Positions 20,123 to 29,421 of a stretch of DNA of 42,930 nucleotides are shown here, piece by piece; the first letter of the stretch is position 1; the number at the start of each line of letters is the position of its first letter. Source of the DNA: Thermomicrobiales bacterium (GTDB taxonomy: Bacteria; Chloroflexota; Chloroflexia; Thermomicrobiales; UBA6265). The DNA lies in assembly GCA_037721765.1 (NCBI GenBank), contig JBBJOE010000003.1, positions 1 through 42,930 on the forward strand, in the 5' to 3' direction. The notes under the pieces were generated by a model. That model searched no databases and was not told where the DNA came from. It saw only the letters and a list, made by a program, of their open reading frames with translations. The position numbers and the translations under genes are program-made.

Positions 20123-20322
20123 TGTGTAGTACTCCCGCCACGTCGGGTGAAGAACCCGCTCCATCGCCCGGCGCCGTGCTCCGCGTCCTCGAACGGGTGG
20201 CTGGTGATCTCCGCGTCCGTCCGTCGTGATCGTCCGGGTTAAGCATACGCAGGATCGCGTCCGCCCACCCCCGCCCTTCGGGTAGTGCCTCCCGTATAGC
20301 GTGCCACGGGGTCGGCGGGGAA

Positions 20323-20358
20323 GCAAACGGCAGGCGCATGTTTGCGCCTGCCGTTTGC
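20323..20358 (-). terminator. terminator-like hairpin after rpsA
   Basis: Perfect 16-bp stem GCAAACGGCAGGCGCA-tgtt-TGCGCCTGCCGTTTGC. Confidence 0.75.
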
Positions 20359-20413
20359 GAGATCGTGACGTTTGTCGGTGCGGGAGGTTCCCGGACGGGG
20401 CCGACCCGGTCAA

Positions 20414-22420
20414 TTACGAACCGTTCTGGTCCGACTCCGGCTCAGGCGTCGCGTCGGACGCGGGCGGTGCGTCCACTTCCGCCTCGACCACTGGCTCCCC
20501 GGTCGGCGCCATGTCGTCCGGCGCGGTGACCGCCTCGTCCGTGGCATCGGAGGTAGCGGCCGCGGCGGTCTCGTCGGTGGCGGTGTCCTCGGGTTCCGGG
20601 ACGGTCGCGACCGCGGAGGCCTCGACCGTCTCGGCGGGCGACTCCGCCACGGGGGAAGGCGATGCCTCGCCGGTGAGGATCTCGGCCCCGGCGGCCGTGG
20701 CGTCCTCGGCGGTGACATCCGGCGGCGCCGTCTCGGCGGAGGAGGCGGCCGGCTCGGCCGGGCCGACCTCCGCCACGACGTCGGCCTCGACCTCCGATTC
20801 GGTCTGGTCAGTGACCGTCTCGATGTCGTCGGACGCTCCGGCCATCGCGAAGGCGAGGGCCATCGCCGACAGCCCCTCGTCACCGAGGTCCACCGGCATC
20901 TCGACGGCCGACGGTCGCGGCTGTGTCGCGCGGGAGCGCGACTTCGGTTGCGGGCGCTCGGTCGGCATCTGGAACTTGGCCAGATTCGGGTTCGGCGCCG
21001 CCTCGACGGCGTCCGGATCCACGGTGCGCGGACCATCACCCCCGTCGCCCCCGGCCAATGCAGCCGCGGCGGCCTCTTCCGCCGCCGCGCGGGCGCCGGA
21101 GCCGATCTCGATCCCCTCGGCTTCCAGGGCCGCGTGGATGCGGGCCACGATCGCGTCGCGCTCCTCGGTGACGCCCTCACCGAAGGCGGTCGTCAGTTCC
21201 TCGTCCGGCGTGTCCAGAGCACGCTTCAGGCTGAGGCCCATCCGCCGCCGCTGGGGGTCGATCCGGATGATCCGCAGGATGAGGTCCTGGCCCTCCTGGA
21301 CGACCTGCTTCGGATGCGTGATCCGCTCGTCGGTGAGTTCGGAGACGTGGATCAGGCCCTCGATGCCGTCCTCGATCCGGGCGAAGGCGCCGAAGTTGGC
21401 GAGCTGGGTCACGGTGCCGCGCACCAGTTGGCCGACCTCGTAGACGGCAGCCACCCGGCTCCACGGCTCCGGCTGGGTCCGCTTGATCGAGAGGGCGATC
21501 TTCTTCTCCTGGGAATTGATCCCCAGGACGTAGACATCGACCTCCGCCCCGACCGAGAGCAGCTCGCTCGGGTGGCGGACACGGCTCCAGGACAGCTCGG
21601 AGAGGTGGACCAGCCCGTCGGCCCCGCCGATATCGACGAAGGCGCCGAAGTCGCAGATCGAGGAGACGCGGCCCTTACGGACCTCACCCTCGGTCAGCTC
21701 GGCGATCAGCCTTTCCTTCATCACGTCACGGCGCTCTTGGACCGCCTGGCGCTCGGAGAGGATCAGCCGGTTCCGGTGCCGGTTGATCTCGATCACCTTC
21801 AGCGGTAGCGTCGTGCCGATCAGGCGGGCCATGTCGGCCTGCTTGCTGCCCTCGTCACCGCCCCGGATCTCGGAGACCTGGGAGGCGGGCACGAAGCCCC
21901 GGACCCCGTCCAGGTTGACCAGCAGGCCACCCTTGTTGTAGTTGGTGACCTCGGCTTCGATGACGTCGTTGGCCTCGTGGATCTCCTGCAACCGGCGCCA
22001 GCTCTTCTCCTGGCGAGCCCGGTTCAGCGACACCACCGGGTGTCCCTCGGGATTCTCGGGCATCACGACGAAGACCAGAACCGTGTCTCCCACCTGGAGC
22101 GCCGACTTCTCGTCGCCCGTGAGGTCGGAGTACTCCTTGGCCGGCACGATGCCTTCTGCCTTGGACCCGATGTCGACCAGGAGTTCGTCCCGGTCGATGT
22201 GCATGATGACGCCGTCCATCACATCCCCATATTTCAGGGTCTGATAATCGTTGGACGGGTCGCTGAGGAACTGTTCCATCAGCGACGCCCCATCGAGGGG
22301 GGACTCGTCACGAGAGCCGTTCGTCGCTACCGCGTCGTCCAGCACGGTGGTTGCCGTCATCCCGGCATCGTCCCGTGGCGACACGGTCGCCTCTGGCTCG
22401 CGAACGTCCGTGGTTTCCAT
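20414..22420 (-). CDS. rpsA: 30S ribosomal protein S1 (four S1 domains) with long acidic C-terminal tail
   Basis: VDIGSKAEG, NKGGLLV/GFVPASQ, FGAFVDIGGADGLVHLSELSW, FGAFARIEDGIEGLIHVSEL; AAGGAAGG RBS. Confidence 0.93.
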   Translation of the reverse strand: METTDVREPEATVSPRDDAGMTATTVLDDAVATNGSRDESPLDGASLMEQFLSDPSNDYQTLKYGDVMDGVIMHIDRDELLVDIGSKAEGIVPAKEYSDLTGDEKSALQVGDTVLVFVVMPENPEGHPVVSLNRARQEKSWRRLQEIHEANDVIEAEVTNYNKGGLLVNLDGVRGFVPASQVSEIRGGDEGSKQADMARLIGTTLPLKVIEINRHRNRLILSERQAVQERRDVMKERLIAELTEGEVRKGRVSSICDFGAFVDIGGADGLVHLSELSWSRVRHPSELLSVGAEVDVYVLGINSQEKKIALSIKRTQPEPWSRVAAVYEVGQLVRGTVTQLANFGAFARIEDGIEGLIHVSELTDERITHPKQVVQEGQDLILRIIRIDPQRRRMGLSLKRALDTPDEELTTAFGEGVTEERDAIVARIHAALEAEGIEIGSGARAAAEEAAAAALAGGDGGDGPRTVDPDAVEAAPNPNLAKFQMPTERPQPKSRSRATQPRPSAVEMPVDLGDEGLSAMALAFAMAGASDDIETVTDQTESEVEADVVAEVGPAEPAASSAETAPPDVTAEDATAAGAEILTGEASPSPVAESPAETVEASAVATVPEPEDTATDETAAAATSDATDEAVTAPDDMAPTGEPVVEAEVDAPPASDATPEPESDQNGS

Positions 22421-22508
22421 ACACCTTCCTTAAGCACCAAATGTCCGGGCAGCACACTGGTCCCGAAGCGACACCCATCGCCATCGTCAGTCACGCCCGT
22501 GGCATCGC

Positions 22509-22538
22509 AGTATACCTAGCCACGCATGACGCCTGCAA
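22509..22538 (-). promoter_or_regulatory. probable rpsA promoter
   Basis: TTGCAG, 18 nt, TATACT on the minus strand. Confidence 0.55.
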
Positions 22539-22539
22539 C

Positions 22540-23697
22540 TTATCCGAACTCGCGCACCCCGGACCCGGCCATCGCGGGCGCTGCCGCCGCCGATCCGGCC
22601 ACCAGCCACTCGACCGACTCCCCGATCGCGTCGAGGGCCAATCGCATCTCCGGCTCGTGGACCCACCCCATGTGCCCCAGGCGCACGACCGAATCGACGG
22701 TGGCGCCCTTGCCCGCCTCCAGGGCGATCCCGTGACGCTCCCGGACGGCCGCGACCACCGCCCGGGCCGCGATGCCCTCCGGCGGCCGGAACCCGGTCAC
22801 CGTGTTCGAGGCATGGGCTGGGTCCGGGAACAACCGCAGCCCCCGGCCGAGCAGGTCGGCCCGGACCATCTCGCCGAGCGTCGCATGTCGGGCCCACGTC
22901 GCCTCGATCTCTTCCGCGAAGATCATCCGCAACGCGGCATCGAGGCCGAACAGCAGCGAGAGCGGCGGGGTGGTCGGAGTCATTCCCTGCTCGGCCTGGC
23001 GCCGGGCCGCCGTCCAGTCCCAGAAGAAGCGGGGGAACCGCGCGTTCTCGTGCGCCGCCCAGGCCCGCGGCCCGATCGCCATCAGCAGCAGCCCCGGCGG
23101 GCACATCCAGGCCTTCTGCGACCCGGACAGGACGACATCTACGCCCCACGCGTCCGTTTCTAACGGGAGCCCCCCGGCGGCACTGACAGCATCCACCACC
23201 ACCAGGGCGCCATGCTCTCGCACGACTCGGGCGATCTCCGGCAGCGGATTCGTCAACGCGGTCGAAGTCTCGTTGTAGGCGATGAACACGGCCTTTGTCC
23301 CCGGCCGCCGCGCCAGCGCCTTCGCCACGCCCTCTGGCGTGACCGCCCGCCCCCACGGCACCTCCAGCCGCTCGACATCCAGCCCGAACGTTTCCGCCAC
23401 CCCGGCGAAGCGGTGCCCGAAGTCGCCGCAGACCGTCGCCAGCACCGGGTCGCCCGGCGAGAACAGGTTCACGACGACCGATTCCCAGCCCGCCGACCCC
23501 GACCCGGGCCAGATCAGGACATCGTGCTCCGTCCGGTGCGCCCGCCGGACCAGCCCGAGCAGGTCGGTGTAGAAGGCGCGGAACTCCGCCCCCCGGTGCG
23601 AGATCATCTCCCGCCCCATCGCCGCCACGACCTCCGGCGGCACCGGCGTCGGCCCGGGGATGCGGAGGGTCTCGCGGGTTCCTGTCCCGGTCATCAC
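22540..23697 (-). CDS. alanine/serine--glyoxylate aminotransferase family (class V PLP)
   Basis: IPGPT, HRG, NETST, VDAVS, SGSQK (PLP Lys), PPGL, RLGHMG. Confidence 0.9.
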   Translation of the reverse strand: MMTGTGTRETLRIPGPTPVPPEVVAAMGREMISHRGAEFRAFYTDLLGLVRRAHRTEHDVLIWPGSGSAGWESVVVNLFSPGDPVLATVCGDFGHRFAGVAETFGLDVERLEVPWGRAVTPEGVAKALARRPGTKAVFIAYNETSTALTNPLPEIARVVREHGALVVVDAVSAAGGLPLETDAWGVDVVLSGSQKAWMCPPGLLLMAIGPRAWAAHENARFPRFFWDWTAARRQAEQGMTPTTPPLSLLFGLDAALRMIFAEEIEATWARHATLGEMVRADLLGRGLRLFPDPAHASNTVTGFRPPEGIAARAVVAAVRERHGIALEAGKGATVDSVVRLGHMGWVHEPEMRLALDAIGESVEWLVAGSAAAAPAMAGSGVREFG

Positions 23698-23780
23698 TAG
23701 GTCGCTCCTATCGTTCCCTTGCGGAATGGTGACGTGTCAGCGTCACCGATCTGTGCGGGCGACGAGCATGGACGTCCGCA

Positions 23781-24371
23781 TCACGGCTTCACGTTCACCA
23801 GATACCGCGGGTCGCCGTACAGCACCAGTTCCGGCAGGATCGCCTCGGCCGTCACCTGGAGCAGGCCGACCGAGAATTCTTCCTGCCAGCGGCGGTCGGT
23901 CGCCGATCCGGGGTTGAACAGGATCGTCTCGGCTTCCTTCTCGATCATCGGGACGTGGCTGTGGCCGTAGACGACGCAGTCGGCGTCCCTGGCCAGGCGG
24001 CGGGCCTCGCTCCGGGCCGAGCGGCCGCCGTGGCCGTGGACGAGCAGGAACCGGTGCGTCCCGACGGCGAACCGTTCCTCGCGGTCGAGCAGGACCATCA
24101 GGTCCCGGTCGTCGTTGTTGCCGGTCACGGCGATCACCGGGGCGACCTCCGCCAGGGCGTCGAGGACCGCGCCGGTGTTGACGTCTCCGGCGTGCAGGAT
24201 CAGACCGACTCCGAACCGGGTGAAGAGGTCGGGCACCTCCGGCGGCAGGCGCCGGACCCCGTGCCGCATGACGTGGGTGTCGCTGACGACGCCGATCGTC
24301 AGGGGTGGCGTGAAGATTCGCTGGTCGGTCGGCCAAACCGGGTCATCGAGGAGCGACCTCGGCTCAGCCAA
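23781..24371 (-). CDS. YfcE-like metallophosphoesterase
   Basis: SDTH, HAGD, GNND, HGH, GHSH, NPGS. Confidence 0.9.
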   Translation of the reverse strand: MAEPRSLLDDPVWPTDQRIFTPPLTIGVVSDTHVMRHGVRRLPPEVPDLFTRFGVGLILHAGDVNTGAVLDALAEVAPVIAVTGNNDDRDLMVLLDREERFAVGTHRFLLVHGHGGRSARSEARRLARDADCVVYGHSHVPMIEKEAETILFNPGSATDRRWQEEFSVGLLQVTAEAILPELVLYGDPRYLVNVKP

Positions 24372-25296
24372 CCGCGACCGCGCCGATCTCCGCCTCTCGC
24401 AGCGTGCGGCGGACCTCGTCGGCGTCCTTCTGACCCAGCGGCTGGTGTGGCGGCCGGGGCGGCCCGCCGCGCAGGCCCACGGCGTCCATGGCGACCTTCA
24501 GACCCGGCACGCCGAAGCGAGAGGTCACGGCGGCGTTCGGAGCGATCAACCGCAGTTGCAACGCCCGGGCCGCGTCGTGTTCGCCCACCAAGGTGAGCGC
24601 CTGGAGGTCGGCGCAGAGGTCCGGGGCCAGGTTACCGAGGGCGAGGATGCCGCCGGTCGCGCCTAGGCAGAGCGCCGGATAGAGGAAGCTCGCCGACCCG
24701 GCCAGCACGCCGAAGTCGGGACCGCAGCGGGCGATGACCTCGGCGACCCGGGGGGCGTTGCCCCCCGAGTCCTTGATCCCGACCACGTTCGGGTGCCGGG
24801 CGATGTCGGCCACCAGGGCCGGGGCCAGGTCGACCCCGGTGTAGGCCGCCATCACGTAGATGATGACCGGGATCGGCGAGGCCTCCGCCACCGCCTCGTA
24901 GTGGGCCAGGTAGGCGGCGTGGTCGTAACGCGGCGAGTAGTAATGGGGGGTGACGACCAGAGCGTAGTCGGCCCCGGCCGCGCCGGCCCGCCGGGTCAGG
25001 GCGATCGTGGCCCGGGTCGATTCGGCCCCCGTGCCGACCATCACGGTCCTCCGCCCGCCGACCGCCTCGATCCCGGCCTCGATCACGGCGACCTTCTCGT
25101 CCGCGTCGAGCAGGGCGAACTCCCCGTTCGAACCCAGCAAGACGACCCCGTCGAGCCGCGACCGGGCGTACCAGTCGAGGTTGTCCCGGAACGCCGCCAA
25201 ATCCAGCTCACCGTCGGTCCCAAAGGTCGTCGCCACCGGCGCCAGCACGCCCCGCGGGATCTTTCCGGTCACCGCTCGCCCGTCCGATCGTTCCAT
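24364..25296 (-). CDS. DHDPS/NAL-family aldolase, 4-hydroxy-2-oxoglutarate aldolase (HOGA)-like
   Basis: GSNGE, VVTPHYY, GIKDSGG, VLAGSASFL, LQLRLIAPNAAVTSRFGVPGLK. Confidence 0.85.
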   Translation of the reverse strand: MERSDGRAVTGKIPRGVLAPVATTFGTDGELDLAAFRDNLDWYARSRLDGVVLLGSNGEFALLDADEKVAVIEAGIEAVGGRRTVMVGTGAESTRATIALTRRAGAAGADYALVVTPHYYSPRYDHAAYLAHYEAVAEASPIPVIIYVMAAYTGVDLAPALVADIARHPNVVGIKDSGGNAPRVAEVIARCGPDFGVLAGSASFLYPALCLGATGGILALGNLAPDLCADLQALTLVGEHDAARALQLRLIAPNAAVTSRFGVPGLKVAMDAVGLRGGPPRPPHQPLGQKDADEVRRTLREAEIGAVAVG

Positions 25297-25343
25297 GGGT
25301 GTTTCCCGCTCTCCTTCACCGGCCCGCGCGACGCGGCCCAATG

Positions 25344-25691
25344 TCACTTCTCGTCGAGGACCGAGAACACGATCCCGGACGCGATGCTGGTGATGACCGA
25401 CCCGGCCACCGCTCCCCAGAACGTCGTCTCGATCCCCGGCGTCAGCCGCGCCGCCACGCCCCATAGTGCCGCGTTCAGCACCAGCGCGAAGAGGCCGAAC
25501 GTCAGGCAGGTCAACGGCAGCGTCAGGATCTTCAGGACCGGCTTGATGTAGGCACTGATCAGGCCGACGACCAGGGCGAAGATGATCACCGACTCGCGGT
25601 CCTCGTACTTGACGAGGCGCTGCTCGGAGATCGACCCCACCACCAGCGTGGCCACGATCGCACCGACGATATAGGCGATGAGCCGCTTCAC
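25344..25691 (-). CDS. YvlD/'phage holin family' 4-TM membrane protein
   Basis: IKPVLKILTLPLTCLTFGLFALVLNA, FWGAVAGS; GAGGGAG before GTG. Confidence 0.85.
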   Translation of the reverse strand: MKRLIAYIVGAIVATLVVGSISEQRLVKYEDRESVIIFALVVGLISAYIKPVLKILTLPLTCLTFGLFALVLNAALWGVAARLTPGIETTFWGAVAGSVITSIASGIVFSVLDEK

Positions 25692-25928
25692 GCTCTCCCT
25701 CTCGACGCCCGGCGCGCCAAGTCCGCGCCGGTGAGTCACGACCGCGCCCGCCACGATCGTCCGATGCCGCGACCCGTTGCGGACAGCACCCGAACACGGG
25801 GTGATCCTAGCACGTCCGCCTATGCTATCATTTTGACAGTATTGCGGTCGCGGCAACGATCGAGCGTTGATTTGGGCGACGAGCGCACCGCCCAAAGACG
25901 GATCCGATGCCGCGCGGGAGGACGCACC

Positions 25929-26375
25929 ATGCCATCGTCGCATCACCCCGCCACGGCCACGGTCACTCCCATGCCATCTCGTCCCCGGGATACCGCCGCA
26001 TCGCTCGGCTGCCCCGTCGCTCGGACTTCGGAGGTGATCGGCAACCGGTGGACTCCCCTGATCGTGCGGGACCTCGCGGGCGGCTCGCGCCGGTTCAGCG
26101 AATTGGAGCGGTCCCTGGTCGGGGTCAGCCCGAAGACCCTTTCCGAGCGGCTCAAGCGCCTCGAAGAGGCGAGCGTCGTCACGCGGCGATGCTTCGCCGA
26201 GGTCCCGCCCCGGGTGGAGTATTCCCTCACATCCAAGGGATATGCCCTGTTGCCGGTGATCGAGAGCATGCGCGAGTACGGGATCCGCTGGCTGCCGGCC
26301 GAGGAATGCGAGGACGACGCCGGCGCTGCCGAAGAGGTGGTGTTCTCCACCTCCGCGGCCCGGGTCCCACGATGA
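25929..26375 (+). CDS. HxlR-family winged-helix transcriptional regulator
   Basis: CPVARTSEVIGNRWTPLIV, RRFSEL, SPKTLSERLK, PPRVEYSLT; GGAGG RBS. Confidence 0.92.
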   Translation: MPSSHHPATATVTPMPSRPRDTAASLGCPVARTSEVIGNRWTPLIVRDLAGGSRRFSELERSLVGVSPKTLSERLKRLEEASVVTRRCFAEVPPRVEYSLTSKGYALLPVIESMREYGIRWLPAEECEDDAGAAEEVVFSTSAARVPR

Positions 26376-26603
26376 CCGGATAGTGATTCCCCCGAGGGGA
26401 GGGCGGCGATGCATGGACCCGCCCCGATCTCACGCGAGAGTCCTTCCCCGGTGGAAAACCCCTCGTGCGGAGCGGCCATTCCCGCATCGTCACGACGCCA
26501 GGACCCATACCGTCGGATTCGCGGTGCCGCGACTCGCCCGCATGGCGTCATCGACGATGCTCTCCCCGGGCGCCGTCTCATGTTCCGACGTCGCGACCAT
26601 GCG

Positions 26604-26631
26604 AAAAGGGGCGGATACAAGAACCTCCCCT
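26604..26631 (-). terminator. intrinsic terminator-like hairpin, minus strand
   Basis: GGGGAGG-ttcttgtat-CCGCCCC followed by TTTT. Confidence 0.55.
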
Positions 26632-26760
26632 CCACGATGATGCTGCTGTTCACTCCTGAAGACCAAGACGTCGGATAATCTGAATCTGGAAAGACCACTC
26701 CATTCCAGGTGAGGACCTCGTGTCCTCCCGTGCCTCACGACCGTGCCCCCCGGGCAGCAC
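26604..26760 (-). ncRNA. candidate structured small RNA (family unknown)
   Basis: Lower-GC patch with several hairpins, ending in a terminator; no convincing ORF. Confidence 0.3.
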
Positions 26761-26963
26761 GGATATGCTTGCCGCGGCCAGCCCGTCCCTGCCCGACGTG
26801 GATCGAGGGGGTTCCATGGGAGACCACAACCGTCACCGGCGACGCTTGGTCACGATCGCCTCGTCGCCCCCGGCCGTCCCACGTCGCCCTCCCGTATACT
26901 CCCCCCTCGTCAGCGGGCCGATCCGCGACGGTCGCACCCCCCTAGCGCGAGGTCCCATCCGCC

Positions 26964-28010
26964 ATGGTCGCCACCCCCTCGACGGATCGCCAGACGACCG
27001 GACTCTCCCTGGCTCCCGCCCGGCAACGGGTCTTCTCGGGAATGCAACCCTCTGGCAACATGCACCTTGGAAACTACCTCGGGGCGATCCGGAACTGGGT
27101 CCGCCAGCAGGACCAGTACGAGAACGTCTTCTGCATCGTCGACCTGCACGTTCTCTCCCAGCCCATCGATCCGAGCACCCTGCGCCAGAACACGATCAGC
27201 CTGGCGAGTGTGATGCTGGCCGCCGGCATCGACCCCGCCCGCTCGATCCTCTTCGTCCAGTCAGATGTCCGGGAGCACGCCGAACTGAGTTGGATGCTGA
27301 ATGCGGTCACCCAGTTCGGTGAACTGAACCGGATGACCCAGTTCAAGGACAAGTCCGCCGGCAAGAAGGACGAGGCAGTGTCGGCCGTCCTGTTCTCCTA
27401 CCCCGTCCTCCAGGCGGCCGACATCATCCTCTACGACACGGACCTCGTCCCGGTCGGCGAGGACCAGAAGCAGCACATCGAACTGGCCCGCGACATCGCC
27501 GAGCGGTTCAATGGCCGCTACGGGGAGACCTTCGTCGTGCCCCGGCCTGACATCAAGGCCGAGGGGGCCCGGATCATGGCTCTCGACGACCCGTCCAAGA
27601 AGATGAGCAAGAGCGACGCCCGGCCCAACGCGGCGATCGCCCTCGAGGACGACATCGACACCATCCGCCGCAAGGTCAAGCGGGCCGTCACCGACTCCGA
27701 CGGTGAGGTTCGCCTCGCCCCGGACAAGCCCGCCGTCTCCAACCTGATCACCATCTATGGCCTCCTCTCCGGCGACTCCATCGCCGCCATCGAGGCCCGC
27801 TATGACGGGCGCGGATACGGCGACTTCAAGGCCGACCTGGCCGAGGTGGTCGTCGGCGCCATCGGCCCGATCCAGGCCCGCCTGGCCGAACTCCATGCCG
27901 ACCCGGGCCACGTCCGGGCTATCCTGGCCGACGGCGCCGACCGGGCCCGGGCCATGGCCGCCGTTAAGATGGAGACGGTCCGCGAGCGGATGGGCCTCGG
28001 CACCGGGTAG
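26964..28010 (+). CDS. trpS: tryptophan--tRNA ligase
   Basis: FSGMQPSG, HLGN, RMTQFKDK, YPVLQAADI, VPVGEDQ, KMSKS. Confidence 0.97.
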   Translation: MVATPSTDRQTTGLSLAPARQRVFSGMQPSGNMHLGNYLGAIRNWVRQQDQYENVFCIVDLHVLSQPIDPSTLRQNTISLASVMLAAGIDPARSILFVQSDVREHAELSWMLNAVTQFGELNRMTQFKDKSAGKKDEAVSAVLFSYPVLQAADIILYDTDLVPVGEDQKQHIELARDIAERFNGRYGETFVVPRPDIKAEGARIMALDDPSKKMSKSDARPNAAIALEDDIDTIRRKVKRAVTDSDGEVRLAPDKPAVSNLITIYGLLSGDSIAAIEARYDGRGYGDFKADLAEVVVGAIGPIQARLAELHADPGHVRAILADGADRARAMAAVKMETVRERMGLGTG

Positions 28011-28125
28011 TGCCGCCGCCCGGGGCACTCCCCGCCATCAACCGGTCCCCATGCCCTCGTGCGTGCTCCGTCCGCGGGGCCGGCAGTTTGGGAGTCCCGG
28101 AGTCCGAGTCTGGTTCACCGGACGA

Positions 28126-28413
28126 TCAGGTCAACGTCGCGTACGTCTCCCGCATCCGTTCCGCCAGCAGGGGGACGACCTGTCCAGCGATGATCCGCGC
28201 GAAAGCGTCCGTCTCGGAGTGGGCCCGGAAGGCCGCCTCGTCGACGTACTGCTCGTAGAGCAAGAATTGGTGCGGGTCATCGACTGACCGGTTGACGATA
28301 TAGGCGGCGCAGCCCGGTTCGTCATTCGCCAGGGGCTCCATCTCCACCAACAACCGCGCGACCTCATCGCCCGAACCCTCGGCCGCCAGGAACTTCGCCA
28401 CGATCACGTACAT
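28126..28413 (-). CDS. antibiotic biosynthesis monooxygenase (ABM) family protein
   Basis: EPGC..Y, FLLYEQY, AFRAH, ~95 aa; GGGAGG RBS. Confidence 0.88.
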   Translation of the reverse strand: MYVIVAKFLAAEGSGDEVARLLVEMEPLANDEPGCAAYIVNRSVDDPHQFLLYEQYVDEAAFRAHSETDAFARIIAGQVVPLLAERMRETYATLT

Positions 28414-28885
28414 CCCGACCTCCCCTCCCACGCACTCCGACCATCGATGGACCCATCCGGGCCGTTCGTCGCCATCCTATCCCGGATCGTCCCGCTGCGG
28501 GTCGTCGACGCCGGGGGTCGCACGAAACGTCCTTGGGGGCGCCCCATCGCCGGCGCGTCGATCCCCCGGCCGAGAGGCGACGGGCGCTTGCCCATCTCGA
28601 CTCGCCGGGGGTATCAGGTGGTGGGCCCGGGCGCTGCTCAGGCCCGCCGCCGCGGCGGGACGAGAGACGGGGCATGGCGGGGCCGGGCGCGCCCGGCCGG
28701 CCGGCGACCCGCTCGCCGATGGCGATGACGACCCCACCGACGGTGCGGCGGACATCGGCCAGGACGGTCGTGCGCGGCTTGCCCTGGCGGGCGATCCGGG
28801 CCATGTGGTCCCGGTTGGCCTCGGCCAAGTAATCATCGTGACGGCTGACGGCGATCGAACTCATCGACGGGTTCATGGGGTACAT
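28364..28885 (-). CDS. hypothetical small protein (3' end doubtful)
   Basis: GAGGAG RBS, then amphipathic MYPMNPS...RHDDYLAEANRDH...RRTVGGVVIAIGERVAG; after ~65 aa it turns into low-complexity R/P/G and overlaps the ABM gene. Confidence 0.45.
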   Translation of the reverse strand: MYPMNPSMSSIAVSRHDDYLAEANRDHMARIARQGKPRTTVLADVRRTVGGVVIAIGERVAGRPGAPGPAMPRLSSRRGGGPEQRPGPPPDTPGESRWASARRLSAGGSTRRRWGAPKDVSCDPRRRRPAAGRSGIGWRRTARMGPSMVGVRGRGGRDVRDRGEVPGGRGFGR

Positions 28886-29240
28886 GGTGGTCTGGCTCCT
28901 CTGGCGTGGCGACGGCTCGGCCGTCCTGGGGTCGATCGAAAACGCGTGGACGGATCGTCCGGCCGGCCGGATCGTGGGAGACATCGCCCGGTCATCTCCG
29001 GGGTGACCCGTCGTCTGGACGCTCAACGGGCGGACGAGGGCTGACCTGTCCGCGGGACCTTTCCAGCGGGCGGCGAGGCGATTGAACGGGGCACGGATCG
29101 TCACGGCGAGTCCTCCCTTGGTCGAAAATGGCGCATTTCGCCATTATCGGCACGGCGCTGCTGAACCCTGGACATGCGTCCGAGCGGTGCGACCCGGTCA
29201 TTCCGGATCGAGACGTCTTACGACTACAGAGAAATGGGCA

Positions 29241-29270
29241 CAAAAAACCCGGGGCGCTGGGGCGACCCGG
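29241..29270 (-). terminator. intrinsic terminator
   Basis: CCCGGG-tcgccccagcgc-CCCGGG followed by TTTTTT on the minus strand. Confidence 0.75.
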
Positions 29271-29307
29271 GAGAGCGGCGCGAGGTGATCGGCGACGGCC
29301 TAACGCG

Positions 29308-29421
29308 TCACCACCCCGCACGCTCCCCATCGGCGGCACATTGTCCTCCGGCTCCCGCCCGAACGGCGGAACCACGGACGACGGACAGGCCGAGGGTCGT
29401 CATGATCGCGTGTCGCAACAT
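29308..29421 (-). CDS. putative 37-aa leader/small peptide MLRHAIMTTLGLSVVRGSAVRAGAGGQCAADGERAGW
   Basis: GGAGGG 7 nt upstream of ATG; lies between a promoter and a terminator. Confidence 0.45.
   Translation of the reverse strand: MLRHAIMTTLGLSVVRGSAVRAGAGGQCAADGERAGW

Noticed and set aside
17468-20242. 924-aa plus-strand ORF and other long antisense ORFs (e.g. 2932-4494, 37467-39566)
   Set aside because: Shadow frames of clpC, lon and the dehydratase caused by high GC3; no motifs of their own
25344-25691. Prophage suggested by the 'phage holin family' gene
   Set aside because: YvlD-like genes are common chromosomal genes; no endolysin, integrase or structural genes nearby
26656-26693. Hammerhead ribozyme (CTGAAGA...GAAA)
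   Set aside because: Stem II does not pair in the required register and flanking stems are absent
26380-26963. T-box riboswitch upstream of trpS
   Set aside because: No GGTGGNACC antiterminator or plus-strand terminator; a TATACT -10 lies only ~65 nt before the ATG
29303-29317. T-box-like GGGTGGTGACGCG
   Set aside because: Bulge reads UGGUGAC, not UGGNACC; no stem I recognised and no synthetase or biosynthetic gene downstream
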